From NCBI RefSeq assembly GCF_009914755.1, contig NC_060938.1: a stretch of 64,000 bases of DNA. One strand, written 5' to 3'. Positions within the stretch are counted from its first letter, which is position 1, and each line of letters begins with the position of its first letter. Below are positions 51,952 to 64,000 of this stretch, in pieces. The notes beneath the pieces were generated by a model. The model was not told the origin of the DNA. It ran no database searches and was given only the letters and a program-made list of their open reading frames with translations. Position numbers and translations under genes: made by a program. Origin of the DNA: the human T2T-CHM13v2.0 reference genome, Homo sapiens.

Positions 51952-52493
51952 TGTATTAGTCAGGGTTCTCTAGAAGGACAGAACAAATATTATAGATGAA
52001 TATATGAAAGGGCATTTAAGGAGTATTGACTCACATGATGACACGGTGAAGTCCCACAATAGGCCAACTGCAAGCTGAGGAGCAAGGAAGCCAGTCTGAG
52101 ACCCAAAACCTCAAAAGTAGGGAAGCCGACAGTGTAGCCTTCAGTCTGTGGCTGAAGGCCTGAGAGTCCCTGGCAAACCACTGATGTAGGTCCAAGAGTC
52201 CAAAAGCTGAAGAAGTTGGAGTCCAATGTTTGAGGGCAGGAAGCATCCAGCATGGGAGAAAAATGAAGACCAGAAGACTCAGCAAGTCTGCTCTTTTTAC
52301 CTTCTGCCTGCTTTTTCTAGCCATGCTGGCAGCTGATTAGATGATACCCATTTAGATTGAGGATGGGTCTGCCTTTCCCAGTCCACTGACTCAAATGTTA
52401 ATCTATTTTGGCAGCACCCTCACAGTCACACCCAGGAACAATACTTGGCATCCTTCAATCCAATCAAGTTGACACTTAATATTAACAATCACA
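51952..52493 (-). mobile_element. MLT2A (length fits MLT2A2), 5' LTR of the HERV-L
   Basis: 542 bp; reverse complement starts TGTGATTGTTAATATTAAGTGTCAACTTGATTGGATTGAAGGATG and ends AGAGAACCCTGACTAATACA. Confidence 0.92.
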
Positions 52494-54469
52494 GATGGCA
52501 AGGACTGTCCAGAAGACTTCTGAAATGCCTTTAGGGCATTTTCCCCATTGTTTTGGATATTAGCACCTGTCTCCCTTTTAGTCATCTAATCTCCATAGCA
52601 AGTGGTTGCTCTGGAGCCTGCTTGGATTCCTCTCCTGAGAATGCTCTTTCCTTCTCTACCACATGGCCAGCCTGCAAATTCTTTAAACTTTTATGCTCTG
52701 CTTCCCTTTTAAATATAAGTTCCAACTTTATGTCATTCCTTTACTCCTGCATCTGAAGATATGATATTAGAAGCAGCCAGGTCACTTCTTGAATACTTTT
52801 CTGCTTAGAAATTTCTTCCACCAGATACCCTAGGTCATCACTCTTAATTTAAACCTTCCGCAAATCCCTAGGACATGGACACAATGCAGCCAAATTCTTT
52901 GCTAGGATGTAACAAGGATGACCTTTGCTCCAGTTCCCAATAATTTTTTTGTTTTCATCTGAGACCTCATCAGCCCTGGACTTTCGTTATTCATATTTCT
53001 ATCAGCATTTTGGTCACAACCACTTAACAAGCCTTTAAGAACTTCTAAACTTTTTCTTGTTTTACTCTCTTCTTCTGAGCCCTCTAAACACTTCCAACCT
53101 CTGCCCATTACCCAATCTCAAAGCCGCTTCTGCATTTTTAGATCTCTTTAAAGCAATGCCCCACTCCTCAGGTCCAATTTTCTACCGTATTTGTCTGCTT
53201 CTGCATTACCATAAAGAAGTACCTGAGGCTGAGTTATTAAAGAGGTTCATTTTGGCTCATGATTCAGCAGTCTGTACAGGAAGCATTATGCAAATATCTG
53301 CTCCCAAATAGGGCCTCCTTTGCTTCCACTCATGGGAGAGGGCAAAGTGGATCCAGTGTATCACATGGTAAGAGAGGAAGTGAGAGAGAGAGGAGGGGGT
53401 AAGTGCCATACTCGTAAACAACCAGATCTCTTATTGTTAACAGTGGAGGGTGTCCAGGTTCTTGGTGTCTTGAATAAAGAATTGAACAAAATGCACAAAC
53501 AAAGCCAGGAAGGAATGAAGAGTTTTACTGAAAATGAAAGTACACTTCACAGTGTGGGAGTGGGCCTGAGCACACAGGCTCAAAGGCCCTGTTGCAGAAT
53601 TTTTTTGGAGTTTAAATACCCCCTAGAGGATTCCATTGGTCACTTGGGGTATGCCCTATGTAATTGGAGAGGATGAAGTAAAGTTACAAAGTTACTAATG
53701 GCATATGCCCTATAGAGAGGATATTTCCTGTTATAGCTGAAGTGTGAATTGGCCTATGTTCCCTGCCTCCAGACCCTATTTTTCTGCCTCATCTCCCCAC
53801 TGAGAGATGTGATCCCCATAAATCTTTATGGGAGGCAGAGGGACCAATGGTCTTTTTTCTGTAACCACTTCATGCTGGCTTGGAGTGTAGACCCTACCTA
53901 TTGGGGATTATGGAACTCTCACCCTGCTGTATCTAGTGGAGGCAGGGTAGCTTCCTGATGGCCAGGAGTGGTATCTTCACCTGGAGGTGTCTGAAACCTT
54001 TGTTGCATGATCACTTGAAACTTGATGGTTTCTAGGCGAGAGGAAATGAATTTGATTAAAAGATTTAATGGAGACTTCAGGTGGTGGATACCTATGCTGT
54101 TAGAAATGTTTGTTACAGAGATTTGCAGGAGAAAAAATGTGGTTTGTTCTAGAATCTATGTGTTTCTTAGCACAAGCAACTCCATTTTGGTTTGGTTTGT
54201 TGGGGCCTAGTGCATGAGATTAGTCAAAAACTATGGCCTCCCGGAATTTTGTTTAAAAAATTCTCCATTTTTGGTCAGGTTTGGTCAGGTGAGAGTGTGA
54301 CCAAAACTTAGGGCCCTAGTGCCACTCTCAGTTACCATCATTTTGGGTTTCTGGTCTCAGCACGTCATTTGTAGGTTCTGGTGTCCTCATGGTTGAACAT
54401 TTCTTTCGGCTCCATTATTCCAGCTGAAGAGAGACCATTTGACATTCTAGAGATGGCTGCAGGCAAGCA

Positions 54470-54810
54470 TTTAAAACCTTTGAGACAGCACACCAGGGAG
54501 ATTATTATTATGACTATTGGGAAGATAATACCAAGAGTTCAGAGTATGCTCCTTACCCAAGGTCCTCCTAAACCAAACCTCCTAAAATCAAATAGATCAA
54601 AGAATGAGCTAGATAAAGAGTTTGCTCACTTTACTAAGCAGTCTCTTTGTTAATCTCCTACCAATGAATTTCTATAATCTTCATTTGGTGTATTTCTCCA
54701 TAGGCCACAAGTGCCAGCAGCTACACAGATATTTCTCCGTTTAGCCAATTTTATCATAACTTTCACAAGAGAATTTAGAGTCTATTGTATAACTGTAGCC
54801 TTTACAGTAG
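54470..54810 (-). pseudogene. env: Degenerate gamma-type env transmembrane subunit relic
   Basis: Minus strand translates to TLNSLVKVM..NICVAAGTCGLW (eroded immunosuppressive domain/CX6CC region) and GPWVRSIL*TLGIIFPIVIIIISLV (membrane span), with stops. Confidence 0.6.
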
Positions 54811-55639
54811 AATTTGCTATAGAACCTATCATGAGGGATACATTTCTAATCATTGCTTCTTTTATTTTAAACCATGGAACTAGGACCTAACAAATGATGC
54901 CCCTTTAGAATAGTGAAGGCCTTCTAGCAATGTTTTCTTTAACCCACGATGTGGGTTAAGAGGGGTGAACCAATGTTTTGTTTTTGACTGATTATGAGGC
55001 CACATATATACCATTAAAGTTTCTTACCTACATTGGGCCTTCATCTTTTATTGATCAAAGTATAAGGTTATCCATGTATAAGGCTGGCTGCAAACTCCTT
55101 CACAAATAAAAGTACACCCCATTAGTGCACATAACAGGCCCTGTTTCCACATCTATTGTTCGTAGAGGCATAAGCAAGAAAAAAATATTCAAAGATAAGA
55201 GTTTAATGACAGTAGACGTCAATCTGTGGACTTGGCAAAAGCTGTTCACATCAAGGATGCCATCCTTTTCTTGGGAGAAATTTTCCTGCTTAGTTTTACC
55301 TCAAGGGTTCCAGTGGGTGCGCAGTTCTGAAAGTGTGGAGGGACCTTTCTCATTGTGAGATTATGAACCCAAAGTTCAAGGTCTTGAAGTTTTGTTGTAG
55401 TGTGCATGGCAAGGACAGTCTTCTTCTGATGTTTCCAGAAGATTCAAACCATGAAAAGCTTTCTTTACCTGGTGAAAATACACTGTAGCATTATTATTAA
55501 TCTACTGTTATAACATCAGTCCTCTTGCATGGGATAGCTTTTATACAACCAGAAAACGTGCATTGAAAATAACAATAGAATGAAATCTCTTTATAAAATG
55601 TTTAAATGGCCCATCAGGTGACCAAATGTACCTGAAGCT

Positions 55640-55852
55640 TTAATTGTTTTCCCAGGAATATGGTATCAAGAATTGGTTATAAACCATTTTAAACAATTTG
55701 TAAGTCACTACACCAATGTATTCAACTTGGATCATTTTATCTTTTCCATGATGAGTCGTGGAATGCAGAACTCTTAATAATAAAATCTTTAAGGACTCAG
55801 GAAGAACAAGGCGGCCATCCTGGTTCTCCATGAGTCCATGCTTGATTAACAT
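55640..55852 (-). pseudogene. Integrase N-terminal zinc-binding relic in the MER61 internal region
   Basis: DGRLVLPESLKILLLRVLHSTTHHGKDKM resembles the H-X3-H start of retroviral integrase; no intact core follows. Confidence 0.6.
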
Positions 55853-58326
55853 TAGACTTATATCCTCTTGGATACCAGTTGTTTTTCCAAATTAGGTGCA
55901 TAGCACTGACAAGAACATTTGTTTACTTTTATGATGTACAATAACTTAACATAATAACCATAATTATAACTAATAACATATACTTAGACATTAGAATGTT
56001 AGAAATCCCATATAATCTTGGAACATATATTAGTATTACTCACAAAAATATAACCTAAAGAAGATTGAACATCATTTTGGCAATCCCATCTATCTAAACC
56101 AGTCAAATAATCCTGTTTACCTCTCTTCTGGACACTTCACGGGCCCTCTGAAGTATTTGAAAAGTCAGGTGCCAGGGAGGGCAATTTTGAAACTGAAGTT
56201 TGATTTTGGAATTCCAGATTACCATAGTTATTTATTTTGCCAAAATGGTGAGTTAGAAATTTTAAAGAAGCAAAAACCTTTTATAACCCTTTTGAATGTA
56301 GTCAACATGTTCTCATGGTGAACCTCTTCTACAAGATTAATTTCCACTATTTTTCCACCACTTCTTCAAGCCTTTAGCTTTTCCCATCTAACTTAAAACA
56401 ATCCTTTAACCCTAGGCAAAATTTACATTTCCATACCTTCTTATAACCTTTTAAAAAACACATTTTACTGTTCTTACACACTTTGCATGTAAATCTATTT
56501 CCAGTAGTCTTAATTGCATGTCACAGTGGCGACTCTTAGCAATTTTAACTTTAATGTAAAACCTGGTAAGTTATGTTCTGATAAGGTTTGACTGTTTCCA
56601 GCATAGCTAGGGTGTGGCCAACTCCACACGTCCCCAGGGCATACCTGGAAAAGCAGGTAAGTGAAACAATTTTCAAAAGCCAAAGAAGTAGCTTATGACC
56701 TTAAAGCATTTAGCAAACCTAATATTTGAGCATAATTTAGACCACATGTTTACATTTTGAAGACAATTGTATTTCACCAATAATCTTTAAAACTGTCTTT
56801 ATTTTCCAAGGATTACTCAAGTCACATGAACTAAATAAAAGGCATTATGTTTTTCACTTTTCAGAGAAAATATGTGATTTAAGATCTTATTATCACTAAA
56901 CCAATTAATTTAAAACTTTACAGAGGAGCTATACAGTGACTTTTACTTTATATTTAACCAGTTTACATGAAGAGAAAGAGGCCAGAGACTGACTGGTAAG
57001 AAATTCTTACCCTTTTGCTGGCATGCCAGGTTTCTGGGTTCTCTCTTCCTTAGTGCCCTGGCGACCCTGCTTGACTGTATGCAAACAAACACATTGCCAT
57101 GAATTAAGAATATTCACATATACTTCACAAATTTTGGAGAAATTAGGCAGAGAGAGAAATATTACTCAAATTCTATTTGTCTTCTTGTCTTCTTTTACTT
57201 TAATCAAAACTAAGAGCTTTAACTATGAAAATGTTAATTAGCCAAATGTTTCCAATTCTTTATCAGGTTTTAAAGAATATTTTATTATTTAAACTTTTTC
57301 CACATCTTGTCCCCTACTTAATGCTTCCTTACTACATTGTTTTATAAATAACCTTTTAAAATCTGAAATTTGAACTAACTTTTACATAACTTCTAAATTA
57401 GACAAAATTTTTGTTTTCTAATAACATAACCCCTTCTGGCATATTTTGTATACAGAATTATGTGTTAACTAAAATTTTTATCCTTAGTAACCTAAAACTT
57501 TAGTGAAACCCTAAAAAGCAAGAAATCCTGAGCTATTTGATATAGGCATTTATAGATAAGAAAAATTCTACAATTTTAGAAACATATTTCCCCATGTTAC
57601 AACCCTTCTTAACTGGAAATAACCCAGATATTAAATGAGCATTAAAAATGACTTTAAAATTTTAATTTACACAAAAAGTCTACCTAAAACATTTATCTCA
57701 TGCACTGTACTTAATTTTTACTTGTCACAAGGGAGACATTAATCAACATATGTAAAATGAACATTGATTTGGTCCAGAAAAGCGGAACAACTCCAGGCAG
57801 GAAGGGGGCTTGGGGGCTTTCAGACCACAGGTGGGAGACAAACTGTTGCATTCTTCTGAGTTTCTGATTAGTCTTTCCAAAGGAAGCAATCAGATATGCA
57901 TTTATCTCAGTAAGACTTTGAATAGAATGGGAAGCAGACTCCCCCTAAGCAGCTCCCAGCCTGAATTAACACTGACATTTTAAAATATCTAGCAAAGACA
58001 AACATAAAATTCAGACAAAATTTATGCTGACAATTATGAAGGCATTTCTATTTTAATTTCACCAAAAATTTTAAAGCTAGCTTGTTTAGTAAAGTTATAC
58101 TTAGGTTATGTGAACTTGAAAATCACTTAGACTTACTAATTTATGAGTGCTCTTTTACTTATAAGCCAGTTTGGTAGATACAATGTATAACAGTAAGTGT
58201 ACATACAAATAAACACATCTAGACATGTATACACACACATAAACGAAGACCCAATAGCTGGAACCTTAGCCATGAGATAGCCATACAAGCTTGCTGGTTT
58301 TACTTTGCCCCAGTAGATAATCCAAG

Positions 58327-58921
58327 TGTTGGAAATAAATGCTCGGTGCCACCAAGTGAAAATAGCACTCAGGCAAAAGTTTTCTCAGCAAGGCAATTTA
58401 CTTCTATAGAAGGGTGCATCTCATGGATGGAGCAATGGCAAGAGCACACCGGACAAGGGAGGGGAAGGGGGTTTTTATTCCTGATGCAGCTAGTTTCTAC
58501 TTCTGTGTCTTTCCCCTACTGGCTAGGGTTGGACCACACAGCCTAAGCTAATTCCAATTGGCTATCATAAAGAGAGCAGGGTTATGAGCCACAGTGGCAG
58601 GGTGAGTAGTTTCACCAGGAAGGACAGTTACAAAGCAGGTGACTAAGGATGACTAAGGACAGAGCAGGTGAATAAGGGTGACTAAGGACTGAGCAGTAGA
58701 TAGAGGGGGTTGTTTACTGAAACTAGGGGCAAGGAGACTTAAAGAACGAGGAAGTTAAACTTAAAAATGGAGAACAAAGAACAGGGAAGCTGAACATACT
58801 GACATATTGGTTCTTTGAAGAGGAACTCAGAACTCATTGTATTTAACAATTGTCCCCCTCTTGAATTTTAAAGGAAGTTAACAGGCTAAAACCTTTGAAT
58901 AGGAATTTACTGTATCCTACA
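58327..58921 (-). mobile_element. LTR10-family (HERV-I group) solo LTR nested in the MER61 internal region
   Basis: Minus strand starts TGTAGGATACAGTAAATTCCT and contains TTCCTCTTCAAAGAACCAATATGTCAGTATGTTCAG; TSD CAAG on both sides. Confidence 0.82.
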
Positions 58922-59969
58922 CAAGGAAGGCTGTGAACCAAAATTTTGGGTAAAGCAGTCTCGGTGGCTTTGACTTTTAGAGGCTAAACTTCCCCAGACT
59001 CCAAAGAGCACTGGGGCCAAATAGTACCAAAGGAAGGCATCACACGTTAACCAGGCCCCCTGCTTATAACAGCAGCACAAAAGCCTGGATACATGCAACG
59101 CCATTCCACTTTCGCATTAGACAGTAAACTTCAGATTCTAAACAATTCTGGGGCCAAGCCAGCATTGCAACTGCGAGAGAAGATTCTAATGAGGGTTTAG
59201 TACTAGACCTCAGAACCTCTGCCAAGGGTAGCCCCTTTGAAGAGTTTGAGGTCCGCAGAACCCATGGAACATCCTCCTGTGGGGTCCAATCTTAGAATTC
59301 TAGATGTGTCTGGCCTTAAGTGCACACTCCACATGCAGGTTTCTCCTCCAAAACATACTATGAGATTTGTAAGAATAGCCATGAACTGTAACAAGAACTG
59401 GATGCCGGGTGGGCCTTTTTGTTCCTTAGCCAGTTGAGTACAATAAAGGAAGAATTTAGCATAAGGTAAGTTTTAAGTTCCCTGAAACCTGTGCGAATTT
59501 GCTCCCAGCTGTGAGCTCTGCTGCCACCGTAGGGATTAGGGACCATGCGTAGAAAAGATCCTTCACCCTTCGGGCCAGGGCAATTATTCCCATTCATTCC
59601 TAGGCCTTCAGGCAGCACTAGGGAGTGACCCCACCCAATTGCCCTTAATTTCCAAGGGACTACTAGGAAACAGCTGCTCAAAGACTGAAAAAGAAAGAGA
59701 GGAAAAGAAAATGAGAAAAGACCCAGATTCCTGAAGTGAACTGGTGGTGGCAGTCAGGCTTCTCCACATGGAAACCCCTTAGTTTCACTGGCCATGGCCA
59801 GAAACGTGCAGTTGCTTCCATGTTTAGGTCCTGCCCCGCAAGGGTTTGGAAAGGAAAAGAAGAGAGAGAGAGAGAAAGAGAGAGAGCCAGAGAGAGCGAG
59901 GGAGCGCCGCTGTATGGAGAAGAAAGGAAAGGGAGAAAAATGAATTCCAAACTTTGGGCTTACCATTTT

Positions 59970-59987
59970 CTCCTGGCTGGCTTGCCA
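59970..59987 (-). promoter_or_regulatory. Primer binding site, tRNA-Arg type, followed by a GGTAAG splice donor
   Basis: Minus strand TGGCAAGCCAGCCAGGAG (one CpG-type change from TGGCGAGCCAGCCAGGAG), then AAAATG|GTAAGC with GGTAAG at 59959-59964. Confidence 0.75.
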
Positions 59988-61181
59988 AAATATGTTAATG
60001 GTGGAGGACGTCCAGGTTCTTTGCATCTTGAACAAAGAATTGAACAAAATGCACAAAGCAAGGAAGGAATGAAGGGGTTTAATTGAAAATGAAAGTACAC
60101 TCCACAGTGTGGGAGTGGGCCTGAGCATAGGAGCTCAAAGGCCCTGTTACAGAATGTTTTGGAGTTTAAATACCCCATAGAGGATTCCATTGGTTACTTG
60201 GGGTACTCCCTATATAAATAGAGAGGATGCAGTAAAGTTACAAAGTCATTTATGGCATATGGCATATGGAGACGATATTTGCTGTTACAGCTGAAGTGTG
60301 AATTGGCATTATGTTCCCTGTCTCTAGACCCTATTTTCCTGCCTCAAGGTGAACTCAGAGTGAGAACTCACTTATCATCTTGAAGAGAGCACTAAGCCAT
60401 TCCTGAGGGATCCACTCTCATAACTCAGACACCTCCAACTATGTCCCACCTCCAACATTGGAGGTCACATTTCAACCTGAAATTCAGATGGACAAACATC
60501 CAACTGAAGTTTGGTCATGGATAAGTTGTGTGACCCTGAGCAAGATACTCTCTTGGTGCTTCAATGTGCTTATCTCTAAAGTGGGGGCAACCATTTCTCT
60601 TTCAGAGGAAGGTTTTAAGAGTAAAATTAAGTATGACAAAAGGAGATGCCTAGCATGACACTCTAAATAACTAGACACTGTACTTGCCTAATGATTATCC
60701 GGAATCTTTCAAATCTTCACTTCCCTGTTTAGACACTGGTTACTTGGGGAAGCATTCAGAAAAAATTGGAATACACTTCACTAATTCTTCAAAGATGATA
60801 GCCCCATTTTTAGAAAGTTTTGGCAATTAGAGCCCTACAACATCATCTCATTTGTTCTTCACAATACTATAAGGTGGACAGGGAATTCCACAAAGGGAGA
60901 TTCAACAGAGGGGACAGGAGTTGGCTTCTTGAGGGACAGTGGGGCTATCAAGAGAGACACAGGCCTTGCTCACCTTAGCCTCAAGGGTATTTGGCTAACA
61001 GCTTGTCTCATTTACTCTGTGAGTGCTGCATATCTGAGAACTACACTATCATCAAAGCAACACAAGGGCTAGGGTTTTAGCTTTCCATATGCTGAAGAGC
61101 CCCAAAGACTGGGACACAAAGGATAATTGTTTTGGTAGATACATATTTTATTCCATAGACAGCCTTTTAAAACTCCTGTGA

Positions 61182-61493
<312 letters not shown>

Positions 61494-62744
61494 AAAACTC
61501 CTGTGATTATGTGAAGTTTTACTTGGAAGGCATTGCACAACTTCAAAAAATACATTGTATAGCCTAGGCAGACCATATTAGGAAAATGGCTTCCAGAAAA
61601 ACAGCATATATATAACTGGGCTCATGTCATTCCCTTTGGGCTGGGGGTGTTGAATGGGAGTGACCGGGAGAAGTACACATATAAATAGGTGTTTTCACTT
61701 GTGTGAAGACCAGAAGGCAATTTGACAAAACAAAGAGAGCAGCATATACCTGCTAGGATGTGATTTCAGGCCTGGCATTGTCCTTGGAGATTTTCTTGTT
61801 CTTCCATACTGTTTAGTTCATTTTCTGCCCAGGGCACACCTTGACAAGCCATTTGTTCATAGAAAACATCTACAGAGCTAACCTTCAACAATTACAATGG
61901 ACATCCATTCTCTAGAGGAAATACATGCAGAATATTGCTATGCTCATTAAAGAGCAAATGTTCCGTTCTGAGAGGGCAAGAATCAGTTTCTCCTTTTGCT
62001 CTCGGCACACAGACTCATCACCACCACCTACCCCCATACTGCCTGTTGCTTCTAGGGGGCCATGCAGAGTTATTTACTTTATTACATTATTTATATTTTC
62101 AGATTATTCCTGGGATTAATTGTTATGGAAGCCCAGATTTAATTAGTGTAAACTTCAGTTACAGCTTAATATAAATTGAATTACAAGCCATTTCTCTTTG
62201 AGAAATATTAGGATTTATTAGCAGTCCCCCCAAAACTAATTAGTTTGAACGAATACATTTCAGCATTAATGGATGAGGGAAGCTTTGTTTGCTATTGTTT
62301 GTAATTATATTAGCGTATTACATCCTTCCCCTCTCCCCTCTGTGTGTCTACTTTGATGATTAGCCTGGATGGGAGAAGCCTTGTCTGTTCACCCAAGGCC
62401 TTAGGAAAGCAATAATGGTCACGGAGAGAGAAATTGGCTCCACTGAGATAAAATGGAGGGGAGGGAGAAAAAGCCTGAGTATAAGAAAATGGTCAGATCA
62501 CAGCTCATGATTTAAATTAAAAAAAAAAAAAAGCCGAAGCCAAAAGATGTGTGAAATGAGCATTTTAAATCCAAGAAGTATGAAATGACTCTCTCATAAA
62601 TCTCTAAATGGGTAAAAGAAACTGTAGTTAAGCATTCCTGCTTGTGGGCCAGGAAAAAGACAGTGCATGCTTCGTGCTGTTGCCAAATTAATCTTCCAAA
62701 AAAATAGCTTGATTATGTAATTCTCCTGCTCAGGAACAAACAGT

Positions 62745-64000
<1,256 letters not shown>

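Larger units (their letters stand above)
53435..60346 (-). mobile_element. Two-LTR MER61-type ERV1 provirus (3'LTR 53435-53791, 5'LTR 59993-60346), non-autonomous/decayed
   Basis: Two ~355-bp LTRs (the 5' copy starts on minus TGAGGCAGGAAAATAGGGTCT); primer binding site (PBS) after the 5'LTR; purine tract AGTGGGGAGA before the 3'LTR; host MSTB LTR continuous across the insertion with 4 extra bases. Confidence 0.88.
46937..60504 (-). mobile_element. MSTB-type MaLR provirus in pieces: 3'LTR part ~46937-47112, internal ~47113-47504 and 52494-53185, 5'LTR 53186-53434 plus 60347-60504
   Basis: LTR motif 'gtgaactcagagtgagaa.tcact..aagccattc.tgagg.atccac' occurs at ~46966 and ~60349; the internal pieces match, antisense, the MaLR internal region at 39108-40695. 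Confidence 0.88.

Noticed and set aside
53435-60346. p53 response elements in the MER61 and LTR10 LTRs
   Set aside because: These families are known p53-site carriers, but I find no paired RRRCWWGYYY here, only a mismatched half-site (GGGTATGCCC).

Overview
Hominoid primate (most likely human) non-coding DNA, judged from AluY/AluS/AluJ, L1PA2/3-like, LTR12C, MER41, THE1/MST and HERV-L sequence. I see no intact protein-coding gene, RNA gene or CRISPR array. The ORF track is explained by Alu/LTR/low-complexity read-through and by decayed retroelement genes (HERV-L gag-pro-pol, MaLR internal ORF, ERV1 integrase/env relics, L1 ORF1, L2 ORF2, CR1 RT). More than half of the window is transposon-derived and LTR-rich. 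The most notable structures are: (1) a ~14 kb same-orientation nest (MSTB MaLR provirus containing a 3'-deleted HERV-L and a two-LTR MER61 ERV1 provirus, which itself contains an LTR10); (2) a solo LTR12C with an intact CCAAT array; (3) a full-length MSTA provirus; (4) a 63-bp copy of an L1/LTR junction pasted into a nearby Alu; (5) a perfect 25-bp-arm palindrome inside another Alu; (6) a young L1 in an Alu tail with a ~0.9 kb 5'UTR-ORF1 deletion. I cannot support a claim of a new biological system; the candidates are mutational-mechanism footprints and possible LTR-derived regulatory elements. Subfamily names come from my recall of consensus sequences and need Dfam/RepeatMasker confirmation. 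Boundaries of old elements (MIR, L2, L3, L1M) are approximate.
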